A stretch of 64,000 nt of DNA from Eubacteriales bacterium (GTDB taxonomy: Bacteria; Bacillota; Clostridia; Saccharofermentanales; DTU023), in assembly GCA_030537595.1 (NCBI GenBank), contig JAUNVR010000007.1, positions 1,009 to 65,008 on the forward strand, given 5' to 3'. Numbering within the stretch: position 1 is the stretch's first letter; every line of letters starts with the position of its first letter. Below the pieces are notes generated by a model. The model worked only from the letters and a program-made list of their open reading frames with translations. It was not told the DNA's origin and made no database searches. Shown piece by piece: positions 18,081 to 26,961 of this stretch. The position numbers and the translations under genes were made by a program.

Positions 18081-19790
18081 TTACATCTTCTCCACTGTTT
18101 CTAAACCAATTAAATGTAGCATAGCCCTTAACTGCTCTGCACAAATTCCAACTAAAAGTAGGCGAGCTTTAACTAAGTCTTCGGATTCAGCCTTCAAAAT
18201 CGGCTTCGCATGGTAATAGCTATTAAAGCTACGGGCGAGATTTAAAATCAAGCGGACCAGAATAGAAGGTTCAAAGGCTTCAGCTGCTTGTTTAATTTTC
18301 TCGGGATATGCTGCGATAATTTTTGCAAGCTCTAAATCCTCTGCCGAATCCAAGTGCTGTAGATAGCTTGAATCTAGCTCTTCCCAATTTAGCTCTGCTT
18401 TACGTAGGATCGACTTAGCCCGCGCATAGGTATAGAGAAGATAAGGCGCCGATTCACCTTCGAAGCTTAAAGCCTCATCCCAGCTAAAGAAGATATCCCT
18501 TTCGCGACTGTTCTTGATGTAGGTAAAAATTACCGCGTCAACTCCGATAATCTCGGCTGTTTTATTGATCTCCTCCGGGCTCTCATCGGGATTATTGGCC
18601 AAAATAATTTCTCTCGTCTTCTCCACCGCCCGATCTAAAAGCTCTTCCAAAGTTATAATCTGACCCTTCCGCGTGGAGAAATCACCGTCTGCAAATTTAA
18701 TCCGGCCAAAGCTCACATGTACGCATTCTTTCGCCTCGGCCTTCTTCTGCTTCTCCAAGACCGCAAAAAGTTGTTGGAAGTGATTGCATTGCTCTTTTCC
18801 GACAACATAAATATTGCGTTTAAATTTGACTTCATCCTTCCGCCATTTGATAGCTGCCAGGTCACGAGTTGCATAAATTGAAGTGCCGTCAGACTTTTGG
18901 ATAATACAAGGATTTAGGCCGTAGTCATCAAGGCGCACAACCTTCGCCCCCTCCGACTCCTCAAGTAAACCATCAGCTTCTAATTCAGCAACAACTTCTG
19001 GCATCATCTTGGAATAAAAGGCTTCGCCATTCCAATTATCAAAGTCAATATTAAGACGCTTATAAATCTTCTTGAATGATTCAATTGAAAGCTCGCGGAA
19101 AAGACTCCAGATTCTCACTGCCTCTGCTTCGCCCGACTCTAAGTTCTTAAATTCGTGGCGGGCAGCATCTTCGAGTTCCGGCTGCGCTTCAGCCTCACGA
19201 TGAAATTTCACGTAAATTCGAGTCATTTCTGCTAAGGGATCGCGCTCTAAAGCTGCCTGGTCACCCCAATGTTTCCAGGCATAGATTAATTTACCGAACT
19301 GCGTACCATAATCGCCAAGGTGATTAAATCGCTTCACATCATAGCCTAGCTTCTGATAGAGGTTCGCAATTACTTGGCCCAGGATAGTTGAGTAACCATG
19401 ACCTACATGGAAGCTCTTGGCAATATTCGCAGATGAGTATTCAACGATTACTGGCTCAGCTCCACCCAGTTTTGAACTGCCGTAATCTTTACCTTTTAAA
19501 CGCGCCTCAGTTAAAATCTCCGGAATAAACTTATCTGCTGCAAAAAAGAAGTTTAAATATGGCCCGGTGACCTTTAACTCAGCGAAAAGCTCGGGTAATT
19601 CCAGCTTTTCAGCAATCTCCTCAGCTATCAGCTGGGGGCTTTTGCGCAATTCTTTAGCCAGCGTAAAGCAAGGTAAGGCATAGTCTCCTAAATTTTGCTG
19701 AGGGGGTTCCTCGAGCAGCTCATAAGCCCGCTCCGAACTTAGGACAGCTGTCTTGCCTATTGCTTCTGCTAGTTCTTCTCTGATATTCAT
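18081..19790 (-). CDS. argS: Arginine--tRNA ligase
   Basis: 569 aa with class I signature SSANIAKSFHVGH, the DALR anticodon-binding C-terminus, and a terminal ...ETVEKM. Confidence 0.9.
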   Translation of the reverse strand: MNIREELAEAIGKTAVLSSERAYELLEEPPQQNLGDYALPCFTLAKELRKSPQLIAEEIAEKLELPELFAELKVTGPYLNFFFAADKFIPEILTEARLKGKDYGSSKLGGAEPVIVEYSSANIAKSFHVGHGYSTILGQVIANLYQKLGYDVKRFNHLGDYGTQFGKLIYAWKHWGDQAALERDPLAEMTRIYVKFHREAEAQPELEDAARHEFKNLESGEAEAVRIWSLFRELSIESFKKIYKRLNIDFDNWNGEAFYSKMMPEVVAELEADGLLEESEGAKVVRLDDYGLNPCIIQKSDGTSIYATRDLAAIKWRKDEVKFKRNIYVVGKEQCNHFQQLFAVLEKQKKAEAKECVHVSFGRIKFADGDFSTRKGQIITLEELLDRAVEKTREIILANNPDESPEEINKTAEIIGVDAVIFTYIKNSRERDIFFSWDEALSFEGESAPYLLYTYARAKSILRKAELNWEELDSSYLQHLDSAEDLELAKIIAAYPEKIKQAAEAFEPSILVRLILNLARSFNSYYHAKPILKAESEDLVKARLLLVGICAEQLRAMLHLIGLETVEKM

Positions 19791-19809
19791 AAATTAATTC
19801 TCCACGCGA

Positions 19810-20706
19810 TTATTTTTCTTGCTGCCAAAGCTCAGCAGGATACTGACCTGCTTCATGCATTTTTAAGAGCTCCGCTTCGAGTTTCTCACGATCTGCTGCG
19901 TGAGTTACACCATACCATTGTTCACGACAAGGCAAAACCTTGACTTCTAATTTATCTGCAGCCATTAATTCACCAACGAAGCTAGGTAGGAAAATCTCTG
20001 CTTTCAGAGGATTTTCTGCTACTTCATTTTTGAAGAATTCATTAACAGCTGCATCTAGGTATTCAAAAATGCCGATTTTAAAAGCCCAAGAGTTCATCGA
20101 TACCGGAACATTTAAGGGATATTCTTGTCCATCCTTATCGACGATTACATCGCCTTTACGTTCCAGCCCTCCTGTTTCTACAATCTCTTTTAGCCGCTGA
20201 CCCTCACAATTTAAAATCCCGCGGGTCACCGAGCCATGGTCAGAAAGAGTTTTAAGACAGTCGTAGGCAAGAACCAGAGCCTCATCTTGACCAGCTTCGA
20301 GGAAGTCGTATAGCAATTTAAAGGCCTCAGGGCCGTAATAGTCGTCTGCATTAATGATCGCAAAGGGACCATTCAGCTTATGTCTGGCAGAACGCAAGGC
20401 ATGAGCCGTGCCCCATGGTTTTACTCGACCCTCAGGTAAGTCCATGCCAGCTGGCAGGTCCAAAAGACTCTGATAGGCATAGTCAAGTGGGATTTGCTTG
20501 GCGACTTTAGCCAGAGCCTGGTCAAACTTTGGCCTATCCTTCTCTTGAATAATCAGTAGAATTCTTTCAAAACCTGCTTTCACTGCATCGTAAATAGAGT
20601 ATTCGGGAAGTAATTGCCCACTCGGACCAAAGCCGACTAGCTGTTTTTTATCACCAAAGCGAGAACCCATACCCGCTGCCAAAATTACTAGAGTTTTCTC
20701 TGTCAT
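19810..20706 (-). CDS. Sugar-phosphate nucleotidyltransferase family protein
   Basis: LVILAAGMGSRFG (GxGxR nucleotide-binding loop), KPWGTAHAL and INADDYYG. The start is placed at ATG 20706, preceded by AGGAGG plus 8 nt. The track ORF extends to 20742. Confidence 0.7.
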   Translation of the reverse strand: MTEKTLVILAAGMGSRFGDKKQLVGFGPSGQLLPEYSIYDAVKAGFERILLIIQEKDRPKFDQALAKVAKQIPLDYAYQSLLDLPAGMDLPEGRVKPWGTAHALRSARHKLNGPFAIINADDYYGPEAFKLLYDFLEAGQDEALVLAYDCLKTLSDHGSVTRGILNCEGQRLKEIVETGGLERKGDVIVDKDGQEYPLNVPVSMNSWAFKIGIFEYLDAAVNEFFKNEVAENPLKAEIFLPSFVGELMAADKLEVKVLPCREQWYGVTHAADREKLEAELLKMHEAGQYPAELWQQEK

Positions 20707-20883
20707 AAAACTTTCCTCCTCAGGATCTTTTAGACTGACCATATTTTAACATATAGCTATCTGATATGCTGAATGCCGATTAGCTGTTACTATATAGCTA
20801 AGCTTTCAAATTTCTTCTGCGGCTCAACTGATTCCGCCGTGACTTTTGCGAGTAATAATAGAAGCAATTTTAGGAGTTTTTAG

Positions 20884-21708
20884 ATGGATGAAGTTTTAAA
20901 GGATACCCGGCTTGCTGTGCTGATTGATGCGGACAATATCTCCCACCACTATGTCGAGGCGATGATGCAAGAAATCGCTCGCTATGGCAACCCGACTATA
21001 AAGAGGATTTACGGCGATTGGACAAAACCCAACCTCAGCGGATGGAAGAGCTTGCTTTTAGATTATGCAATTTCACCGGCCCAGCAATTCGCCTACACTA
21101 GTGGAAAAAACGCCACTGACTCGGCAATGATTATCGATGCGATGGACATCCTCTATGCAGAAAAAGCAGATGCTTTCTGTTTGGTTTCATCGGATAGTGA
21201 TTTTACTCGTTTGGCAATGCGGCTTAGAGAAGCCGGCAAAACTGTGTATGGAATTGGCGAGCAAAAGACGCCAAATGCTTTCATTGCTGCCTGCGACCGT
21301 TTTATTTATCTGGAAATCCTCGAACCAGAAATGGATGACGAGTCAGAAAGCTGCAAGAAGAACACTAACGGCAAAACTAAGGCCAAGGGTGAAAAGCACA
21401 AGGAGCAGAAAAAGAGCATCAATAAGATTGACAATAAAATCCGTCGCTTGATTGCTCAAACTGTCGGTGACGTCGAAGATGAGAGTGGCTGGGCCTACCT
21501 TGGTGAGGTCGGCAATCTCTTGAATAAAAAGCAACCTTCATTCGACTCCAGAAACTATGGCTTTGCAAAATTAACCCCGATGATTCGCGCCATGGGGGAT
21601 TATGAAATTGATCAGCGCGAAGGCGCAGGCAATCAGAAACATATTTACATCAAGCTGAAACCCTCTGCTGAAAATGTTAAATATAAGGTGAATGAGCGCA
21701 GTTTTTAA
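20884..21708 (+). CDS. NYN (LabA-like) nuclease-domain protein with C-terminal OST-HTH/LOTUS-like domain
   Basis: N-terminal RLAVLIDADNIS...IKRIYGDW...GKNATDSAMIIDAMD...FCLVSSDSDFTRLAMRLREAGKTVYGIG matches the NYN pattern. There is a Lys-rich linker. C-terminal WAYLGEVGNLLNKKQPSFDSRNYGFAKLTPMIRAMGDYEI matches the OST-HTH pattern. Confidence 0.75.
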   Translation: MDEVLKDTRLAVLIDADNISHHYVEAMMQEIARYGNPTIKRIYGDWTKPNLSGWKSLLLDYAISPAQQFAYTSGKNATDSAMIIDAMDILYAEKADAFCLVSSDSDFTRLAMRLREAGKTVYGIGEQKTPNAFIAACDRFIYLEILEPEMDDESESCKKNTNGKTKAKGEKHKEQKKSINKIDNKIRRLIAQTVGDVEDESGWAYLGEVGNLLNKKQPSFDSRNYGFAKLTPMIRAMGDYEIDQREGAGNQKHIYIKLKPSAENVKYKVNERSF

Positions 21709-21734
21709 GCCCCATTCTAAAGCGAAAGGGGCTT
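21707..21734. terminator. Hairpin between convergent NYN gene and tkt
   Basis: Stem AAGCCCC/GGGGCTT with a 14-nt loop. No clear U-tract on either strand, so terminator function is uncertain. Confidence 0.35.
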
Positions 21735-21773
21735 AAAACTAAAGCAGAAATGATTACGGGCTATGGTTTTCAA

Positions 21774-23729
21774 CTATAGCTCGTTTTTAATCCTTTCTAC
21801 TACTTGCTCTGTAGTAAAGCCAAAGACTTCCATTAAGACATCACCAGGAGCTGAGGCACCAAATCCATCCATCGTGATATAAAGTCCATCTAAGCCGATA
21901 ATCCGTCCCCAGGACAAACTAGAGCCCGCTTCAATCACGACGCGTCGGCGACAGGCCTCAGGTAGGACTTCTTCTCGGTACTCGGGGCTCTGCGCGTTAA
22001 AGACCTCTATGCAAGGCATGGAAACAACTCTGACACCCGAACCGAGCTCGGCTTTGGCCTCAATGGCTAGGGCCAGCTCAGAACCGGTTGCCACGATAAT
22101 CAGTTCTAGATCGGAACTTTCACGAGCATAAATGTATCCACCCTTCAGCGCAGCCTTTGAACTATGCTCGAGATTCATTAAATTCTGTCTGGAGAGAGCC
22201 AGGGCTGTCGGTGTCTCGCGCTCGACTAATGCAGAGACCCAGGCGGCTCTGACCTCAATCTCGTCAGCCGGACGCCAGACATTGACATTAGGTGTCGCGC
22301 GCAGCATGGTTAACTGCTCGACCGGTTCATGCGTCGGTCCATCCTCACCTACACCGATTGAGTCATGGGTCAAAATCATCGCTAAGCCCTGCTTCATTAA
22401 GCCGGACAATCTAATCATCGGCTTCATGTAGTCAGAAAATACTAAGAAAGTAGCAACATAAGGCCGCAGTCCACCGTAAAGTGAAATCCCGTTAGCGATT
22501 GCGGTCATGGCCATTTCACGCACACCAAAGTGAATGTTCCGGCCAGCCCTCTCCTCCGGTGAGAAATAGGCTATATCTTTAAGTACAGACTTATTGGAAG
22601 GACCTAGGTCAGCTGAACCTCCGATGATTTGCGGGAAGATCTGAGCCAGCTCATTTAGCACTCTACCTGAGATTGAACGACTTGCCTCCGCCTTGCTGTT
22701 TCGTTTCCAGAATTCTTCCGGGAAGTCACTTTCTGTAATCTCTTTAGTGAAAGACTCCAGCTCAGCTGCGAGCTCAGGATAGGCCGCTTTGTACTTCGCA
22801 TAAAGTTCTTCCCATTCGGCCATCAGGCGGCTATTTTTTTCCATCATTTCATGATAGTGTGCGTAAACCTCTTCCGGCACAGTAAACTCAGCTTCATTCC
22901 AGGCTAAATTCTCACGCAGTCCACGCAGATTTTCAGCTCCCAGAGGTGCACCATGTGCATCGGCTGAACCTTCTACGGCAGAGCCGTAACCTATCTTTGT
23001 CTTGACAATAATAAAGGAGGGGCGATTTACTTCTGCTTTTGCAGCTTCCAGGGCTGAAGTAATCGCTTCAACATCATTACCATCACTAAGTTCCAGGACC
23101 TGGAATCCATAAGCTTCCATTCTTTTCGCAACATCCTCGGTAAAGGCTAAATCTGTACTACCCTCGATCGTAATCTGGTTTGAGTCGTAGAGCACAATTA
23201 ACTTGTCTAATTTTTGAGTACCAGCAAATGAGAATGCCTCATGAGTAATGCCTTCCTGCAAGCAGCCGTCACCCACTAAGGTATAAACGTGGTGGTCAAA
23301 GATTGCTAAATCGGGCCGATTAAAGCGCTCTGCCAGATGGGCTTCAGCAAGCGCCATCCCGACAGCCATTGCAGCGCCCGCACCTAGTGGTCCAGTCGTT
23401 GCCTCAACACCGGGAGTGTGACCATATTCGGGGTGTCCAGCAGTGCGTGAATTGAGCTGCCTAAAATTCTTTAAATCATCTATGCTTAAGTCATAACCAC
23501 AAAGATGCAACAAGGCATAGAGCATAGCCGAGCCGTGACCTGCAGATAAGATGAAACGATCACGATTTAACCACTTAGGCTTGTCCGGCACATGATGCAT
23601 AACCTGTGTCCAAAGGGCATATGCCATTGGTGCTGCACCTAAGGGCAAACCAGGATGACCGGAATTTGCAGCTTCTACTTGTTCAGCAGATAAGATTCGG
23701 ATGGCGTTCACGGATTTTTGGATTAGCAT
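21774..23729 (-). CDS. tkt: Transketolase
   Basis: NSGHPGLPLGAAP, GDGCLQEGITHEA, and a TPP/pyrimidine-binding plus C-terminal domain pattern. The start is placed at ATG 23729, preceded by GAGG plus 9 nt. The track TTG start is at 23747. Confidence 0.9.
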   Translation of the reverse strand: MLIQKSVNAIRILSAEQVEAANSGHPGLPLGAAPMAYALWTQVMHHVPDKPKWLNRDRFILSAGHGSAMLYALLHLCGYDLSIDDLKNFRQLNSRTAGHPEYGHTPGVEATTGPLGAGAAMAVGMALAEAHLAERFNRPDLAIFDHHVYTLVGDGCLQEGITHEAFSFAGTQKLDKLIVLYDSNQITIEGSTDLAFTEDVAKRMEAYGFQVLELSDGNDVEAITSALEAAKAEVNRPSFIIVKTKIGYGSAVEGSADAHGAPLGAENLRGLRENLAWNEAEFTVPEEVYAHYHEMMEKNSRLMAEWEELYAKYKAAYPELAAELESFTKEITESDFPEEFWKRNSKAEASRSISGRVLNELAQIFPQIIGGSADLGPSNKSVLKDIAYFSPEERAGRNIHFGVREMAMTAIANGISLYGGLRPYVATFLVFSDYMKPMIRLSGLMKQGLAMILTHDSIGVGEDGPTHEPVEQLTMLRATPNVNVWRPADEIEVRAAWVSALVERETPTALALSRQNLMNLEHSSKAALKGGYIYARESSDLELIIVATGSELALAIEAKAELGSGVRVVSMPCIEVFNAQSPEYREEVLPEACRRRVVIEAGSSLSWGRIIGLDGLYITMDGFGASAPGDVLMEVFGFTTEQVVERIKNEL

Positions 23730-23828
23730 AGATTCTTTACCTCGCAATATTTTCTAGTTTAATCTTAACATAAATTCCCTAAGCGACAGTAAATAAAACG
23801 TGAAATTTAAAGCTCAAAAAAATTCCAA

Positions 23829-23858
23829 GCAAAAAGCCTGTAAAGTAAATTACAGGCT
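23829..23858 (-). terminator. Rho-independent terminator of ssrA
   Basis: Read on the minus strand: AGCCTGTA-ATTTACTT-TACAGGCT followed by TTTTT, immediately 3' of the tmRNA CCA end. Confidence 0.75.
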
Positions 23859-23863
23859 CTAAG

Positions 23864-24245
23864 TGGTGGAGGCGAGGAGAATTGAACTCCTGTCCGAACT
23901 CTTATCCGGCGCAACTTCTCCGGGCGCAGTCGTGGATTTTAAGTATTCCCCTTGGCTGTTAAGGTCACGACACCTCTCAGCCGCCGGTAGCTTCATCAAT
24001 ACTATCCGAAGGCAAAGCTTAGTTCGGAAGTTGCCACCTTAACCTCCGGGTGGCCAGGTCTGCATTCAATAACACAGCAAACTACGACCGGCAGATCGAG
24101 CGTAGCGCCATGGCAGGCGTTAATTACGCAGCTGCAAGTACCGGTTTATCGGCATTTAAAAAAGTTCCCGTTTTTTTAAGAGGCCAACGGGGTCCTCTGC
24201 CCGCTATCGCGACTTCATCAGAGCCGTCGAAACCAGTACGCCCCC
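23864..24245 (-). ncRNA. ssrA: tmRNA (SsrA)
   Basis: 5' end is GGGGGCGTACTGGTTTCGACGG. 3' end is GGAGTTCAATTCTCCTCGCCTCCACCA, with a tRNA-Ala-like acceptor pairing that includes G3:U. The internal tag frame GCC GAT AAA CCG GTA CTT GCA GCT GCG TAA lies at 24153..24124. Confidence 0.9.
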
Positions 24246-24290
24246 GATACTTAAACTAATGCCGAATAGCTATTATAGCACGTCGAGGCT

Positions 24291-25352
24291 TTAATTCGCA
24301 ATAAAATGTCTCCAAATAATGAATAAAAGCAAGGCCAATCCGAGGATGAAGATTACTAACAAAGACCAGATTACAAGCTTGAAAGTTAGGTGTTTGTCAC
24401 GCTCTATTTGCCTTGGCTCAGTGGCCTCAAAATACTCTTCCTGATCCACATCATAGTCTTCTAGATCTGACCACTCCAAGTCAGCTTCCTGATTATTCAA
24501 AGCTGAGGCTGAATTGATAGGAGCGGAAAAGAAATCATCTTCTATGTCTAACCAGCTATCATCCCCATATTCTTCCGGAGCCTGATCAAATTCGAAGATT
24601 CGCTCACAACGGATTAATAAAAGCGTCGCATGATCAGTTAAAACCCCGGCTTTAAGCAGCTGGAGCAAGCGTTCAAAGCGGTAATGTAAGGGTGCCTGAG
24701 CACTCAGCTCCGCTTCTAAAACTCTGGGACTTAAAGTTCTGGCAAGACCATCACTCAGCAGATAAATCTCATCCCCCTCCTCGAGCTCAATATAGAAACT
24801 TTCCTCAGCTTGAATACCACTTTGGAGGGAGATTCCAGGATATGAAAGTTTTGCGCCACGAGGATCAGTAAAAGGCCTGAGCGGAGCTTCGCTAAGACGG
24901 AAGAACTCACCGTCTCTTAGCATAAAAACTCGCGTGCTGCCAACTGTAGAAAGATAGAGTTGACGACCTTTCACTAGAGCTGTTGCTATCGAAACTCCAG
25001 TCAGTGTAGTTTCACTACTGCCAAAGTAGGACGCCATAGCGGAATCTAGCCTTTGATAATATGTCCGCAAAAAAAGCTCGTAATCCAGCTGGATTGGAGG
25101 ATTAGCGATCAGTTCAGAACAAATTTCAGTCCATAAGTCCTGGGCAATTGAAGCTAGCTCTAACTTTGCTCCAGCCTTCCCCACAGCGTCAGAGAGTGAA
25201 TAAAACTGCCAATAATCATCCAGGCTTCTGGCCGCTCGACAAGCTTGGTCAGCTCGGTCGGGGTAAGTTAAAGTCCCGAATTGAAAAGCATCTGAATTGA
25301 GCTTGGAATTATTAGCTTTTATGCTTTCAGCAATTGCATATATTACTGCCAT
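24291..25352 (-). CDS. Tail-anchored PP2C/PPM-like protein with partly degenerate metal-binding motifs
   Basis: By-eye alignment to Stp of this window: YSLSDAVGKAG, SETTLTGVS, STVGSTRVFMLRDG, IYLLSDGLA and LTDHATLLLI. It has an acidic aromatic linker and a single C-terminal TM helix (LVIWSLLVIFILGLALLLFIIW). Confidence 0.6.
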   Translation of the reverse strand: MAVIYAIAESIKANNSKLNSDAFQFGTLTYPDRADQACRAARSLDDYWQFYSLSDAVGKAGAKLELASIAQDLWTEICSELIANPPIQLDYELFLRTYYQRLDSAMASYFGSSETTLTGVSIATALVKGRQLYLSTVGSTRVFMLRDGEFFRLSEAPLRPFTDPRGAKLSYPGISLQSGIQAEESFYIELEEGDEIYLLSDGLARTLSPRVLEAELSAQAPLHYRFERLLQLLKAGVLTDHATLLLIRCERIFEFDQAPEEYGDDSWLDIEDDFFSAPINSASALNNQEADLEWSDLEDYDVDQEEYFEATEPRQIERDKHLTFKLVIWSLLVIFILGLALLLFIIWRHFIAN

Positions 25353-25358
25353 GAATCC

Positions 25359-25817
25359 TTACTTTTGCCACTCACGCATGGCCTTCTGCTCTGATCTTTC
25401 GCGTTCACTTTGGCGTTTATCATATAACTTTTTACCGCGTGCCAAAGCAATTTCTAATTTCGCATACTGGTTTTTGAAATAAAGTTCGAGCGGGACAATA
25501 GTCAGGCCCTCTTGCTCTAAACCCACGCTTAGTCGGCGAATCTCCCGCTTGTGCAGGAGCAGTTTTCGCTCACGCAGCGGCGGATGATTAAAACGGTTCC
25601 CCTCACGATAGGGCGGAATGTCCATGCCGGTAATAAAGATCTCGCCATTTGCAATCTTTGCGTAAGCATCGGCAATCGATGCCTTGCCAGCACGCAGCGA
25701 TTTTATCTCAGTCCCAGTCAAAACTATCCCAGCCTCGAAGCGCTCAAGAATCTCATAATCAAATCGAGCTCTGCGATTTCGGGCGATTGTTTTTTTATGT
25801 ATTTTTTCTTGTGCCAT
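25359..25817 (-). CDS. smpB: SsrA-binding protein SmpB
   Basis: IARNRRARFDYEI...GIVLTGTEIKSLR...HKREI pattern, 152 aa, near ssrA. Confidence 0.9.
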   Translation of the reverse strand: MAQEKIHKKTIARNRRARFDYEILERFEAGIVLTGTEIKSLRAGKASIADAYAKIANGEIFITGMDIPPYREGNRFNHPPLRERKLLLHKREIRRLSVGLEQEGLTIVPLELYFKNQYAKLEIALARGKKLYDKRQSERERSEQKAMREWQK

Positions 25818-25833
25818 ATCTAACTCTCTCCAC

Positions 25834-26889
25834 TTAGGCTTCGCATCCGGATGAAGCTTTTTTGCGCGGCAAATCCAGCCTATTTTGGGCGTTTAATGAC
25901 AGTTCTTTGAAGTCAGCTTCGAGGTAATGGTAATAGGCCTGTGCTGCAATCATTGCAGCGTTATCAGTGCAAAACTGTAAAGGCGGAATATATAGTTCAT
26001 AGCGCTCAGAAAATCTTTCTTGAGCCGCCTTTCTTAAACCTTGATTTGCCGCCACGCCGCCGGCCAGAACCAATTTCTTTAACTGATAGGCTTCTAAGAC
26101 TTCAGCCGTACGTTCAATTAGAGTCGAAACTACAGTGCTTTGAAAAGAGGCCGCCAAGTCCGCTTTGAATTCATCACTAACTGCTTGAACTGAACCCTTT
26201 TGCCTCAATTCTTTTTGATAAAGTTCTAAGCAGGCAGTCTTCAAACCAGAGAAGGAAAAATCATAGCTGTCAGTAAAACTTGCTTCTGGCAAGTTGAAAC
26301 GGGCCTCGCCTTGGGCTGCCAGGCGATCGAGCACCGGTCCTCCTGGATAAGCCAGGCCCAGCTCTCGGGCTAATTTATCATAGACCTCACCCACGGCATC
26401 GTCCCTACTCGCAGCCAAAAGCTCATAATCTGTGTAGTCGTGGACCAAGACTAAATGGCTGTGTCCACCGCTGACAATGAGCGCTAAAAAGGGTGGTTCT
26501 AAGTCGGGGTATTTTAGATAGTTAGCAGCCACATGACCAGCTAAGTGGTGAATTCCTATCAGCGGTTTAGACCAGGCAAAAGCTAGGGCTTTAGCCGCGG
26601 TTAAACCGACTAAGAGTGAACCGATTAAGCCTGGTCCCTGAGTGACTGCAATTGCGGCTATATCCTCTGCCTGCAATTGAGCCTTCTCTAAGCACTCTTC
26701 AATAACGGGTAAAATTAACTCAAGCTGGGCACGTGAAGCAAGCTCGGGCACTACCCCGCCGAATTCACGCTGCACTGCAATTGAAGTCGCCAAACTAGCT
26801 GCCACGAGTTCCCGTCCATTGCGGACTATTGCCGCGGCAGTCTCGTCACAAGAAGACTCTATACCTATAATATATTTCGAATTATCCAT
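25834..26889 (-). CDS. tsaD: tRNA N6-adenosine threonylcarbamoyltransferase TsaD
   Basis: IIGIESSCDETAAAIV, HHLAGHV, SGGHSHL and GGVAAN. Confidence 0.9.
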   Translation of the reverse strand: MDNSKYIIGIESSCDETAAAIVRNGRELVAASLATSIAVQREFGGVVPELASRAQLELILPVIEECLEKAQLQAEDIAAIAVTQGPGLIGSLLVGLTAAKALAFAWSKPLIGIHHLAGHVAANYLKYPDLEPPFLALIVSGGHSHLVLVHDYTDYELLAASRDDAVGEVYDKLARELGLAYPGGPVLDRLAAQGEARFNLPEASFTDSYDFSFSGLKTACLELYQKELRQKGSVQAVSDEFKADLAASFQSTVVSTLIERTAEVLEAYQLKKLVLAGGVAANQGLRKAAQERFSERYELYIPPLQFCTDNAAMIAAQAYYHYLEADFKELSLNAQNRLDLPRKKASSGCEA

Positions 26890-26961
26890 TTGCTTATTTT
26901 ATCACATCTATATTGAAGTCAAGATTTGCCAGACGCGTTTGAAAAAATTATACTTTAGCAG

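Noticed and set aside
19791-19809. Search for a T-box leader upstream of argS (and of tyrS at 54263..54293)
   Set aside because: Only 19 nt and 31 nt of intergenic space exist, far too short for a T-box riboswitch. These aaRS genes are embedded in operons.
24050-24259. 69-aa plus-strand ORF from the track
   Set aside because: It lies entirely antisense to the tmRNA gene (23864..24245). It has no SD sequence and no protein-like features.
23748-24290. tmRNA 3' end as a possible genomic-island or prophage integration site
   Set aside because: No integrase or phage-like ORF flanks it. The neighbours are tkt and the PP2C-like/smpB genes, and a clean terminator follows the CCA end.
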